A stretch of 63,063 bases of DNA, filler included, from Pelomyxa schiedti (Eukaryota > Protista > Evosea), in the NCBI GenBank assembly GCA_020536535.1. It is 5 parts of 5 records of this genome, joined end to end, with 100 filler letters (N's around TTAATTAATTAA, not from the genome) between each part and the next. Parts side by side here need not be neighbours in the genome. Positions count along the whole stretch, not along the records: positions 1 to 28,505 come from JAHLWZ010000661.1; 4 more parts are not named here. One strand, 5' to 3'. Positions within the stretch are counted from its first letter, which is position 1. Each line of letters opens with the position of its first letter. The notes beneath the pieces were generated by a model that was not told the DNA's origin, did not search any database, and saw only the letters and a program-made list of their open reading frames with translations. The position numbers were made by a program, and so were the translations under genes. Positions 11,491 to 24,851 of the stretch are shown here, one piece after another.

Positions 11491-14400
11491 ATGACAACGC
11501 AGGGGACGGTGTTGGGGCGAGCACTTGAGGTTATTAATTATGCAGTGCAGTGTGACACGCAGGGGCAGTGGTTGGTTGCTCACGAGAAGTATTCACTGGG
11601 TCTAGATCTGTTACGCCAGGCTTATGAGTGTATGTGCGTGTTAGTTGGAGGCTTGTGCTTTTCCCTTTTTTGGGTGGGTTTTTTGGCATTCCTGCTTGGT
11701 TGGGTTCTCGTGGATAGAATGACAGACCAAATTGTGGGTTTCTGGGGCTACCACAGCTGAACAAAATGCGGACATGAAAGGGACCATTCTTGAGAACGCG
11801 AGGAATTATGACAACAGAAGGAAGCAACTCGCACAAATTGTTCAACAACAAATGCAGCCACAGCAACAGCCACAGCCCACACAGGAGCCACAGCAGCTCC
11901 AACAATCACAAGTGATGCAGCCTGATTGCCACCAGTTGCAATCACAACAGGCACCACAATACCAACAAATTCAGCCAACGCAATACCAACAAAGTCAACC
12001 AACACAGTACCAACAAATTCAACCAACGCAGTATGACAATAATTCTATCCCAGTGGAGGAGGAGCCACCTGTTCTGGTATGTCCAAGCTGTTGGGAATCG
12101 ATCACTTCTTAAATAATGCGTAGACACCAGAACAAATTGCCTCATTAAGAATCTTTCGAAATCCACAAGCTTGCATAGCTTATGCCAATTCACAAGGCAT
12201 ACCTCTCACAACAGCAAATGGTGCCAAGTATGTATGACGATCATTAGCTATTAACAGTGGTTATTAACCCCTTCAGAGCTTATGAGTGTGCTGTCCAACT
12301 ATGCAAACTTGCCACAACGTATGGGCAGAACAATTCTTTCTTGGAGTGCTACAAATGTTATGAATGTGCTTTGTACTTCTTTCAAGTGTCTTTTGAAGGT
12401 TGATTTTTGTGTATCGAATTAAAACTAAACCAGGGAAAAATGAAGGTGAGGCTCCCATTCCAAGTGGACTTCATGCCAGTGTCCGTGCAACAATGCAGAA
12501 ATGTTCACACCACACTGAAATCTTCAGAGAGTGTGTAGTTGCACCTCCTTTTTCCCTAGATGAAACGTTATTGCAGGCGTATATATCCAGACATTGTCAA
12601 ATTTCTACAAGATCAAAGACAGATAGAACTACAATGCATGCAACGACAAGAACAAGCTCTTAGGCAGCAAGACCAACTTTGCAAGCATTTGGAAGAAGAG
12701 TTGATGAAGAGACCACTTAATGTGGGGCAAAAGCCACTCGCCACCACTCCCACTCAGCATGCAGTGGACACAAATTCAACTTTCGTAAGCCCCCAAAGGA
12801 ATCCCTTTCACTAATCATGTGCACTCAGTCTCTAAAAAAAATATCTACTACCTTAAAAGCAATTGCACCCAGTCCATCTGAGATATCCAAAACAGTTAAC
12901 GAAGTTGGCCAGGTCACATAATTAACCTGTTGAAATGAAATTCACTTTCTTAGATGTTCAAGTCACAATTTACCGAGTCTGATTCTACTCCAAAGGTTCC
13001 GAAACCTACCCCTGGTACCAACTCAGCAACAAAGTACAATGTGGCGTTAATAATGCTTTTTTCCTGATGGCCTAAAAGTAATACCTTGGCAGATCAAATA
13101 ATGCCAAATGTGCAAAGCACAGTACCAGTAGAAACAGTAAAATCTATTCCAGAGCCACAAAGACTCCCAACAGCAGTTTTAAGTACTGCCAATCCACTAT
13201 TTGGGTTACTTACTGAGGCACAATTATCCGAACATTTGGCGGCTTCTTTATCCCTGGTTCCTGAGCAAATTGACATGGATCTTCTCAATAAGTGGGTCAT
13301 ATTTTTTGTCGCTTTCTTTGATTATAAAATAGATTACTGGATCAATGGATATTAACTGCTGACCTTTCTACACTGCTTTCCTTCCTCAAATCAATGAAGC
13401 AGGGTCTTCCGCATCTTGACATACATCAAGTGTTTGTCACTCTGGTACTCAGGTGGCTTCTTTCCAGAGGTCACTCTCCCTCCCTGTTGCTGATGGCAAA
13501 TTAGATATCACTCCCCTTTGTGTGACTCGATACAAACTGGCATCTCTCTCCTTGATCCCAGTGAGATAAAGGCCATGGTGTGCAACGCAGTTCTGCGATG
13601 GATCACCTTGTATCCCACAGACTTTGTGGATGATCAGATGATTAATCAAGTCAATGATTTTGTGCAATGTGCACAACACGACAACTTGCAAGTCCAATCA
13701 AAAAAAATTATTGATGCACTTTCAGTAGCCACTGCATCACGTTCCACTAAGATTCCTATTGGTGTAACACCTTCTCCAACTGCTCTACCTTCTGCAACTG
13801 CAAACCATGGGACTGCAATAAACGTCACTGCCAGGAACAAAAATGTTGGTACACCTCATGCAACCAACGTTTCCACTCCACCAAAGCCAAAACCTGCCAA
13901 GGTGAAACCAGTCCCCCCATCTGCTGTTACATCAGCACCCCCTTTGAGGACAAATGTCCTCAATAAAACTACGGCCCGGACACCTACTGTTCTTCCGACA
14001 ACCACTAAACCCATTCCTGCGCCTGTGAATGTTCCTGAAAGCGAGATAGCCCAAGAGGTTACATGTGCTGTGGAACCACATAGTGAAGCTCCCGAGCCGC
14101 AATTCGATCCTACGCAAACTCCCTGTGACGCACCTTCACCTCCCTCATCTCCCCCGTCTTCCCCTCCACCGTCACCTCCCGCATCGCCTCGCGGTTCAGA
14201 AGGCCCCTTCAATGGTACATCAANNNNNNNNNNNNNNNNNNNNNNNNNNNNNNNNNNNNNNNNNNNNNNNNNNNNNNNNNNNNNNNNNNNNNNNNNNNNN
14301 NNNNNNNNNNNNNNNNNNNNNNNTTCGATCCTACGCAAACTCCCTGTGACGCACCTTCACCTCCCTCATCTCCCCCGTCTTCCCCTCCACCGTCACCTCC

Positions 14401-15595
14401 CGCATCGCCTCGCGGTTCAGAAGGCCCCTTCAATGGTACATCAACAGCCCCTCCGGAACAAGAGGTGCCTTCCACAGCAACAACCTCACAAGTAGGCTCC
14501 GCAAGTAATCCAATCAAAAGGCCGCCAATGGTTATACCTCCACCTCTCATTGTACCTCCACCTCTTGCAATGCCACCACCCTTCTTCATTCCGCCTCCCC
14601 TGCAACTTCCAACAGTTTCTCACACAAGATCACTTATTCCAACACCTATTACAAAGCCCACTATATTGAAGTCTCCAGCTAACACTCCTGCCAGTACCAC
14701 GGACACAAAGCCCGGCTCTATCGAGGCAACAGGACTACAAAACACACCAAGCAGCGAAGATGACCCACCAATGTTGGCCCCTCTTCCCATCCAAGAATTG
14801 AACCAGACATCTTCTCCAAACTCGCTTGGACAGACCAGCCTGGTTCTGTGCTCTAGTGCTGAAACAATTGCGAATATCATGCTGCATTTTGACTCGGCAT
14901 TATTCTGTGCAGTACCAGCCGAAAACTTAACCACAGCCGCGGCCGTCACATCAGGTAATGCGGCTTCAGCAAGAGCAAGCATTTTAGCCCGAGTTCCACA
15001 GCTCTCACAACTTCACGGACGAGAGCAAAAGATAGCAAAATGGGTGCGCGGCATTATTTTACTGGGGATTGATGAGCAAACACGTGCCCAACTTATATCC
15101 CATTTCATACAACTTACACAAGCTCTGAGGCAATTGCGTGACTTTTCCGGGTGCTATGCCGTAATTGCTGGGTTGAATTCTCCAATTATCAAGGGTCTTA
15201 CTTTGTCATGGGTACAAGTGCCAGCGTCGGATACAGAGAAGTACCGTTCACTTCTTACTACCTTCACACCAAGTGAGGCTTCCTACCACTTTTCTATATT
15301 CTTTCCTTTCTTTTAACAACCACATTCAGATACTTCGGGAGTGATTCAATCCATCACAAGCTCCATAACCGAAGCCACAGCCGAGCCCTGTGTGCCTCAC
15401 GCGAGCACCCTGATATCGGTCACTCTTTCGCAAGTGCAGAACAAAACGCCGGGCCCAGCCATCACCAACTTTGCACACCAAGTCCGCGCACTGCAAGCCT
15501 GGGGCGATATTCCCACCAGACTGCCTCCTCACCTCAAAGCACCCCCGGAGCTAGTCGCCGAGCTACGTGACCTTCCTTCCCAGTGTCCTCTGTGA
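11491..15595 (+). CDS. MIT-domain plus RasGEF (REM/CDC25-like) protein
   Basis: MIT: RALEVINYAVQCDTQGQWLVAHEKYSLGLDLL...NYDNRRKQL. REM-like: VCNAVLRWITLYPTDF. CDC25: KWVRGIIL...RAQLISHFIQLTQALRQLRDFSGCYAVIAGLNSPIIKGLTLSW and PCVP. The gap at 14224-14323 has duplicated flanks. Confidence 0.8.
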
Positions 15596-15699
15596 ACGCA
15601 CCCCCAAACTGATTTTTTTCCCCTGTAACATCATTAAAAAAGCAAGTTGGGGATAGTTTGTTGGCAACGGTTGGTTCGCCTGCCGCATTCCAACTACTT

Positions 15700-18025
15700 A
15701 TGGGACAAGCTCACACGGCGGCGAGCGGACCCCCACCACCAACTCCCAACCAAGGCACCTCGGCGGCTGCCCATAATAGCGCTTCAGTGGGTGAGGCCCG
15801 CAGCGGCCGAAATAGTGAATCCACATGTGCTTCGAGCACGGAGCCAATTATAGGCAACTGTAAGCTTTTGGAGGTTATTCCAGAAGGAGCGTCGGAGGGA
15901 CCGAGATTGAGAGTGACGGGGGCACCGACTTTCGACTCGGCAGTACGTTGGCTTCATTATTTTGACGATGTGCCCTTGGTTGACTTTTTTTTTTTCCCTC
16001 CCCCAGTTCGAGAACCAGAACCCCTATGTCGTTTCTGTGATTGGAGATACACAATGTGGCAAATCGTTTTTAGTGGACCGGTTATTGACTCATCCGCGAG
16101 ATACCCCACAATTTCCCCGGTAAAAACTCATATCTCCCCTTGCGTATTGCTTCATTTCTCTGAGGAATTTCTGCAGTCCAGTCACGGGACTTGGAGATGC
16201 CTCGACTACCAAGGGTGTTGACTTCTTTATTGATAGTGACCTTGCCTTTCTGGATTTTGAAGGTTTCGAAGCGCGGTTGCGACCTTCTGAAGTATTGATC
16301 TATCTACCATCCCCTGGATATTCCTCTGATGAAGAAATTGTCAGAGGGAGATTGTCGAAGGAATATATCCCCGGATTGCTTATTCTGTCAGTTCCACCAT
16401 TGTTTACGTCACCAGCAGTTCTTTTGCAAATATCTCCACATTCTCCAAATTGCTTGACCGTTTAAAGAACACTGCTGAGATTGAATCAAAAGTAGCCCTC
16501 ACTCCATCCTGCAGCATGCATTCCCCTTATTAATAATCTTATAGGAGGCGTACAAGAGGCCGAATCTTGTGATTGTTTACAACAGGAGTACTATCCGTGA
16601 CATTTTCACCAAAGAGTCCAATTCTCAACGACTGAGCGAGTGTGAATCGGACCCCAAGTTCGGTGAAGTGAGGTCTTTATTCTCTGACATTTCGGTCATC
16701 TTCCTGGCGTCAGAACATGAGCCGCCATTTGAGGAGCAACGAAATTCTATTCAGGTAATCTATTTAAATGATTTTTTAAAGACTCTAAGTTGTGGGAACA
16801 ACTAGGGCATTCTCCGACACCATCAGCTGCCATTACCATCACACAGGTGGATTCATTTGGTTCAAGCTGTTGTTAACTGGGTAACTATCTCCCATTTTTG
16901 AAACTTTTTATTTTTTTCCATGTGTAACGGCACCGTTGTAAATGTAGTTCAACAGTCCCCAAAAAAGTGAGCCAATCCCATTGTGTAAGATCTATGCTTC
17001 CCTTATTGATAACTTGGAACCGCCACTTCACCGAGTGCAACGGTTATTTCTGTCTTGCATCCCAAACCAAAGCTGCACTGAAGAGGAATTTACTCAATCC
17101 TGCAATTTGGCAAAGAGGGCCCTGCCAGTTGCCATTGCACTCCATTTACATTCATCAAATAAAGAAACGGTTCCTCCCTACGCTCTGATCATTGTTAACC
17201 TCGCCCAGACTTTGGACCTCGATAACTACTTTCGCAAGCAATTTACTATGTGTATTCACTATCTGAAACGGTTTATTCCGTGTTCTGCCCACTACGAAGA
17301 GGGTGGCATTGTTTATAGATGCTCCGTTCAGAAGCGTTTTCACTCTGCTGACAAGCATAAAGCGTACATTGGCGAACGCGAAATAACTTGGAAAGGTGAA
17401 TATAGCCCATCAACCTTCATGGAAGATGACGCAGATCTTGTTTCCCTATCACACAAAACCGCCACAATAAGAGAGGCACTGTCCAAAGATGTATGTTCCT
17501 TTGCAGAGAGCGGGCAGCACTGACACCAACCCACACAAATGCAGGATGACCACCTTCATATGAGTTGTACTAATGGGAAATGGGGCGGAGCAGACACAAC
17601 TTTGGAGATCCAAGCTGTCCTCAACCAATTCAACGAGATAAACAAAATGAACCTCCGGAATACACTGAAAGCTGGAAGCCTAGGGGCAACAGTGGGATGC
17701 ACACTTGGTTTGGTTTATGCGGCCCCGTATGCAATTGCACTTGGCCTGGCCACAGCGGGTATTGGAATTCCTTTCTCTATCATCATATTAGGTAACCCTG
17801 GAACTTGCTTTTGTACCTTCCCTCACTCCCTTGCGCAAACAAGGTATTGCTGGGTCAGCTGGGGGCGTCTATGGGGGGGTTAGGTTGGGCAGTGCTGACC
17901 AGCCTGAGTGTGCTAGAAAAGAATTGATGGAAGGTGTCGCCCTGTTGTCCTATGCCAACGGGTGGAATGTTGTGGTACTAGTTGATGACCTCACCCATGT
18001 TACATTTGTGACGATTGACACATAA
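15700..18025 (+). CDS. GBP/atlastin-like P-loop GTPase with C-terminal hydrophobic Gly-rich segment
   Basis: A frame not listed in the ORF track gives G1 YVVSVIGDTQCGKSFLVDRLL (~16025-16085), G2 STTKGV and G3 AFLDFEG. N-terminus MGQAHT. C-terminal GATVGCTLGLVYAAPYAIALGLATAGIG. Confidence 0.72.
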
Positions 18026-18140
18026 CTTTTTCTGTACAAAACATCCTTTGATGTCACTGTCAGAACCTCGGCCGCACAATCACTGACTGATCTTTGTATT
18101 TTAAAGAAAAAGAAAAGACAAAACGATTGTCGAGAGCGTC

Positions 18141-19004
18141 ATGCCCAACACTGTGTACGTGTGTGACCTCGACCCCGCCGCCACCGAGTTGCAGTTGTGG
18201 GATGTGTTCAACCAAGTTGGGTACGTGGCGTCGGTTCGCGTGTGTAGGGACACTGCGACGGGTCTGTCGCTGGGATTTGGTTACGTGAACTACGTTGATG
18301 GTGAAGCTGGTGTGTTTTATAGTACTGATGTTTCAATACACTTGAGGGGTTCTTAATCGTCAATATGTGAAAACGCAACTTATTATACACTCATGACACG
18401 GTTATTTTTTCGACTTATTTATGTTGCCACACTGTATTACGTCTATGGTACGCGAATATACCAAAGCTGCAAGAGCTGTGTCTCAGCTGAATTTGGGGAA
18501 TATTGCCGGAAAACCTTGTCGAGTGATGTGGTGTGATTCCCCTTTTTCCCCCTTTACTGGTGGCTGAGAGTGCTACTCGCAGGGCTCATAGAGACAGGGA
18601 AACAGGTAGCACCCCGCCAACCGCTGATACTCCAGATATCCTACAAGAAACAATGCAGAGTCCCTCCCTATTTACACACAGCTTAACTCCAACAAAGTTC
18701 TTCCTGTTGCATCTACGTGTCAAACTTACCACCTGGCGTCGACAACAACACACTTCTCACCCATTTTACATCTCACTCCCTTTCCCCGAAGTCGGCAGTT
18801 GTGGCCCTCGGTCCGCAAGGCATTTCCTTGGGATTCGGCTTTGTGGAATTCATATCCGGCTTAGACGCCAAAACCGCCATCAAAGAGAAAAATGGTTCCA
18901 CTCTAAATGGCAAAGAGCTTTTTGTACAAACAACAGTGAGGTCAGTACTTCCTCAGCAATCCTTCACACTAAAGTTGCCCACAGAAAAACAAAAGTCTAA
19001 GTAA
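18141..19004 (+). CDS. Two-RRM polyadenylate-binding-protein-like RNA-binding protein
   Basis: PABP-type RRM1 (VYVCDLDP...SVRVCRDTATGLSLGFGYVNY...GKPCRVMW) and a second RRM (YVSNLP...SLGFGFVEF...NGSTLNGKELFV). Confidence 0.8.
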
Positions 19005-19228
19005 ATGTTGGGACTCACATTTGCCCATCAAAAGAGCAGGCTCTGCACCCGTGACAAAATTTTGAATTCTGAAATGTCTGGACCACGTCCAGACCCGTTC
19101 TACCGTTTCGTGGTCTTTAGCCTCTGAGGACAAGATAAGAAGACCCAAAAAAACAAAATGTCTGTGGGGCAGTTCCATCATTAAGAAAAACTAAAAGAAG
19201 GCAATAAAAAACTTCTTTTTTGGTACGT

Positions 19229-22200
19229 TTAGTACATTTGGTATTGGAATGGGCCTTGTGGAAGCCTGGCATATGGGTTCATCTGTTGGGGGTTGAACAT
19301 TTGTGGGTACCCCATTGCCCCATACTGAGGTTGCAGCTGGTTCTGCATCATCGTTTGCATCATGATTTGGTTGGTTGTTGGTTGTTGTTGTTGGGTGGTT
19401 TGCACTGCTGCAGCATTGCCTGGGCTCATAACGCCCTGTTGCTGCAATGAGGGCACTGACTGTGATGACAATGACAGTGATGGCGATGGTGATGATGGTG
19501 ATGATGGCGCCGCGGTGGTGTTGCTGTTTAGCGGCTGTGGTGTCTGCAGTGGCTGGGGAGGCTGCAGGCTGTTGAGGTTGCCGCTGCTGTTATTTGGCTG
19601 TAGAGGAGCCACGGGCTGGGCTCTGAGGCCCATTGAGGGGGGTGGTGGTGTGATGTTGGGCGCAAGTAGAGGGGCCGGGGGTGTGTTGCCGTAAGTGGGC
19701 GTGGATGGTTTCGGTGGGAGTGGCGGTGGTGGTGCTGTGGGGTCTTCAGGGGGATAGGGCAGTGCCGCGGTTGGGGCGGCTGTGGGGTCGGTTTGTTGCT
19801 GCTGCTGTTGCGGGTTCTGATTCTGGTGCCGGCCGAGCATCCTCTGCAAACCCTTGAATACTACCCAAGGGGTGTATACTGCTGCTGCAAAGTTGTTTGG
19901 CCTGAACCCAGGCGCGTGGGGATCTTGCCCACATCCGCATGGATAACTCTTCCCACAGGAAAAGCAACTGTAAAAAAAAAAAAAACCTATTAGGAGGGGA
20001 AAAGAGGGTCAAGAGCTTACAATTCGTGTCCGCATTTGCATGTCATGTGGTTACAGCCTATGGTGCTTTTTACTTTAAGAGATATGAGGTGTGAGAATTA
20101 ACCTTTTGCTAGCTCTATCCAGCACTTGCAATTTGGGCACTAAAGTTTTATGGAGAAAAGTTAATAAAAGTCGACGACAAGAGATCATCACCCACTTGCT
20201 TGTATTTTGCACCTTTGACGAACTCAGTAAAAGTGTCCTTCAAGTTGGCTTTGGCCCTTTTTATTGTTTGTGAGGTAGGTTTCTTTCTTTCAGAAGACGA
20301 GGGGCATACCATTCCTGGTACTGAGCACACGTTTTCCCATCGTGCATTTCTACCTTGCAGCTCAGACAATACCGTTTGTTGCATTTTGGGCAACTTGAAA
20401 GGTGTTATTTGTACATAGAGAGCAAAGGTATTTTACGTGAAATCGATGGGGTCTCCTTCCTCATAAACAAATACATAACCACAGTCTGGAGAAGGACAAC
20501 AGCTGTAGTCCGCTTTGTTTTTTTTTAAAAAAAATATGAAGATGTTTCTTGGTACCTCTATTTTTCTCAAATGTGCAGTCCAACAAGAAATTTTGCATCT
20601 TCTCGATCAATTCAGGTGGTATCAACATTTCCATTTCCCTTTCAGAAATCTATTTTGATGATGAGGAAATAAACCTTGAAGTGGGGTACCCAGAAACCTC
20701 TTGTTTGCAGTCTGGGTTTGGACACTGAACCAAGTTAGAATTGGATTTTTTTATTGTTAAAAAAAGGTACCACAATAGGTAGATTCTTAGACATAATTCT
20801 CTCTATACTTCGATTAATTTCACTGGGAGATAGAGAAAACACGTACCTTTGAAGTACTCACATAGGCATGCACGACAATATGTGTGAGAGCAGGAAAGTG
20901 TGTGTATTTCATCAATATCTACATCTTCCAGACATAAAGGACATTGCTTTGGTTGTAATGAGAGAGCCAGTTTGTAATCAGCACCTTAAATAAGACTGAG
21001 CCATTTTCAAAGCATTGGCAAAGCTCATTAATTACTTTCAATTAGCTCTCGCTTCATTGTTGAAGTCATGAGTGAGGAACTAGCTGATAGGCTGAGACGC
21101 TTGCTTGTTGCTTGGGGTGTGCTGACAGGGGAGAAATCCATGTTAATTTGGCTGAAGTCGAGTGAAGGATTCAGTGCTGAACTAGTTGGAGATGAGGTTG
21201 GGGTCATAAAAGCAGAAATTACTGGGGCAGCTGTTGGTGGTGGTGGAGGGGGGACTGATGGTGGGGGTGGGATTGGTTGTGCTGTGTTGTTTGCAGGTTT
21301 TTCCGGAGATTTTACTGTTTGTGGGATGCTATTTGAAGAAGTAGACAGGGTAGGGGTGCTTGTACTGGAGCTGTTAATAGGGGGCTTTAGAAGAGTGGGA
21401 TTAGTGGATTGTATTGTTGGAACGACTGTTGGGGTGGCTGAACTAGGAGCACTGGCAGGGGAAATTGTCGGAACGAATATTTTATCTGTGACAGGTCCCC
21501 CTTAGAGGCAAAAAAAAAAAGTGGTGACAAACATACCCATCTCTTCAAAGAATGAACGCAATGCAGATAGTTCAGGGTACGATGTTGAAGGAAGAGAAGA
21601 AGCAAGCCTCTGGTATGCCAATTTTGCAGGTACCACAATTTTCCTAACCTCCCCAAACGTGGAGATAAGAGCAGCTCTGTCAATGGTTTAGAGTGTTCGA
21701 AATTCAAGGAAAGCAATTCCAAAGCAAAAAAAAATTACATAGAAATACTTTTCTCTGTGTAAACTGGCTATTTGTCCTAAAAGAGCACCAGGATCCAGTG
21801 TAGTGTCTGAAGTGGTTGAGGGAGTGGAACTGACACTTGTCAATGGAGCTTCACTAGTATGGTACTGAAGAGGTGCCTGCTGTGGCTGGAAACGATTTGG
21901 TTGAGTTGGTTGGTATTGTGGGGGTTTTGGGGTTGAATCATAACTCGGAGGTCTTGCGGAAATATTTTGGGTGTATTGTAGCTGTTGGGTGTACATAGAA
22001 GCAGGAGTTTGGGAAGAAACCTGCTGTGGAGATGAAAATTGCATTTGTTGCTGGTTTGTTTGGAATCCAACTGATGGAGTATTCTGCAGCAAAGTGGGTT
22101 GAGCCTGGCTTTGTAACTTTTGAGCATCAACAGAGGTAGTTGTACCACCAAAATTTGCCTGTGTTTGCATTTGCATTTGCACACCACTGAGGCTTGTAGA

Positions 22201-22890
22201 CGGGAAGTAGTTCATATTAGTAGTAGCAGGAGCGGCAGGGGCGTTAGAACTTATGGGCTGGTTCGCCGCATATGTGTTGGCGGTCACCGCTTGATTGAAC
22301 TTGACCTGCTGAAGCTGCTTCCAATTGTTGTACTCCGAAGACCGAGCCGGGGAGCTCGCAGTACTTGTGGGATACCTGTTTTGGTTCTGCATAATTGCAG
22401 TGTTTCCCTGCTGGTTCGTGTAATCCACGTGCTGTGGCCAAGTGTTGTTGTTGTTGTTCTGCGGCTGCTGCTGCTGCGGCTGCTGCTGCTGTTGTTGCTG
22501 CTGAGGGAAAGAAGACGTGGGCTGGTATTGGTACTGGTGCGGTGGTTGCTGCTGTTGGTAGATCTGCTGCACTGGGGCGTGCTGGACCAAGTACTGCTGG
22601 GACTGCGGTGGTGTCTGTTTGGAGGAGGGAGCCGCGTACTGCTGCGGCGGCTGCTGGGCCGAGTACAGCGTGTTCGCAGTGGCAGTGGGCGACGCGTACT
22701 GCGGCTGGGAGAGGGAGTAGGTGGGGGTGGGGGTGGTGCCCCCGGTTGGCGCCGTGGCGCCCGAGGGGGAGTAGTACGGGGGAGGGGGCTGCTGCGAGTA
22801 CGAGGGTGAGGCGGGGTAGGATCCCATTGGGTTGCCGCCCCCGGGGTTTTGTTGCTGCTGCTGGTACAATCGCTGGTATTCGCTCATCAT
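19229..22890 (-). CDS. RBR (RING-IBR-RING) E3 ubiquitin ligase with Q/P-rich termini
   Basis: RING1 CPLCLED...LSCSHTYCRACL...CPNPDC; IBR CPSPDC...CPKCNKRYCLSCKVEMHDGKTC; RING2 CPNCKCWIE...GCNHMTCKCGHE.CFSCG. Confidence 0.9.
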
Positions 22891-23130
22891 TGCCTGCGGC
22901 TTGGCGTTTTTTTTTTTTTTTTTTTCGGCTGATCAAAGTCTTTCGTTTTTTTTTAACACCAAAAGCCTTCGTTGTTTGTCATCACTGGGCTTTGGGGTTG
23001 ACAAAGTGTGTATTTTTCTGTGAGAGAAACCGTACAACTTCAACTGAATGCTCGCGTCAGGACTCCACAGAAGTGATCCCACCGGAGAAGCTACAGATCT
23101 CACTCTTGGCTGTAATTACGGCACAATCGC

Positions 23131-24549
23131 ATGACGAGTGTCGCGACTCCATTCTCGTTATCAGCAACAGCAACCACACCGGCGAAGACTGCCACAAGCA
23201 AGCAAGATTCGCTGCCATGGGTGGAGAAATACAGGCCCCGCACGATGGACGACGTCGTGGCGCAAGAGGAGGTAGTGACCACACTGAGGTCTGCGATGTC
23301 TACGAGCGGACTCCCTCACTTGCTGTTTTACGGATCCCCAGGTATTTTTTTTTTTGTGCATCGTCACCATCCATCGAACCAGTTCTGTTTTTGTTTCGAT
23401 AGGCCACCCATTTACTATTATATTGTACTTTTTTTTTCTCCCTAAGGTACTGGTAAGACTTCTACAATATTGGCGTTGGCGCATGAGCTATTTGGAGATG
23501 AATTCCGAGAGAGAGTTTTGGAATTGAACGCTTCGGGTATTGCTCACTCACAGCACATCTACGCAGTTGAGTGACGGTGTTATCAAAGATGAAAGAGGAA
23601 TTGGCGTCATACGAAGCAAAGTGAAAACATTTGCGCAAACATTCTCCACTGAGAGGATCGTTGGGGGAAAGTTGATTCCTGCCTACAAAATCATTGTTCT
23701 AGATGAGGCAGACTCTATGACTGGTTCCTCCCTACCTGATGCCAACTCCCCAACTTAATACATGCAGTTGATGCCCAGAACGCCCTTAGAAGGACCATGG
23801 AAATCTACGCAAAGGGCACTAGATTCTGCCTTATTTGCAATTATGTCAGTAGAATAACAGACCCCCTTGCCTCCAGGTGTGCAAAATTCAGGTTTAAGCC
23901 TCTTGGCACGGATTCCACTGTAACAAGGCTTGAAACCATCTGCGCGAAAGAAGGTACTACTCTACACAAAAAAGAACTTGCTAATGGTGTGCCAGGTGTA
24001 AAGTACGGTACCGACGTTTTACTTGCCATTCATGAGGTCTCAAATGGTGACCTGAGGAAGGCCATCAACTTCTTACAATCATTGGCAAGCTCATGTGGAA
24101 GCGACATAACACCGAATATAGTTAGACAGATAGCTGGCGTTATTCCACAGAGTGTTCTGCTGGATTTTGTTCAAGTAGAGGCTTGTTGTACCCGTATTGT
24201 TATTGATAAACTCCTTTAGGCTTGCAAATCCTTCTCATACACGGAACTCCGTCAAGCTGTAACAGCTTTGCAGTCTGCAGGGTATCCTGCCGACCAATTC
24301 CTTGTGCAGCTTATGGCGTACCTTGTGGAAGAAACAACGTTAACACAACTCCAAAAAGCCGCCATCGCCGAGTGTCTGTCACAGGCAGATCACGCACTTT
24401 TGGATGGAGGTTCTCCAGCACTGCAGCTGCTGTTTGTTGGTTCTCAGATTGGACAAGTAATATCATCACAACAGGACACAGCACCACCCAAAACCGCACA
24501 ACCTGATCAATCAATGTACAGCGACATTGATCCCGATGACGTACCCTAA
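23131..24549 (+). CDS. RFC4: Replication factor C small subunit (human RFC4 / yeast Rfc2 type)
   Basis: PWVEKYRP; [15 protein letters not shown]; LELNASDERGI; [12 protein letters not shown]; [10 protein letters not shown]; [29 protein letters not shown]; GDLRKAI. Five canonical introns. Confidence 0.95.
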
Positions 24550-24617
24550 GTTGTACCAAACAGACCAAGTCTTGTACATTACCAAAAAAAAAAAAAAAGT
24601 ACTTTTTTGTTCAACGG

Positions 24618-24851
24618 GTGATGAAGGAGCGTGCTGCGTTCTTCACCACAATGGCGAAATCAGCCTCTGTCAAAGAGGTACAAGGCGCGCCTGGGAGTCT
24701 CGTGATTACCAAGAACTTCAGGCTCGTGAGGCAAATAGCAAACGGTTGCAACGGTATTTGGCAGTCTCCTTTTTCATTCGCATGCGCCGTTCGTCACACG
24801 GCAGCAACTGTGCGTTCTTAGGATAATGATAGGAATTGTGTATGAGGTGCA
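24618..24851 (+). pseudogene. 5' fragment of a protein kinase gene, truncated after subdomain I
   Basis: NFRLVRQIANGCNG[intron]IVYEV is a Gly-rich loop. The sequence then switches abruptly to the YL1 duplicate at TGCA. Confidence 0.6.

Noticed and set aside
14103-14444. Direct repeats flanking N-gaps (also 57213-57552)
   Set aside because: Exact ~120-bp overlaps either side of a 100-N gap are typical of unmerged contig ends.
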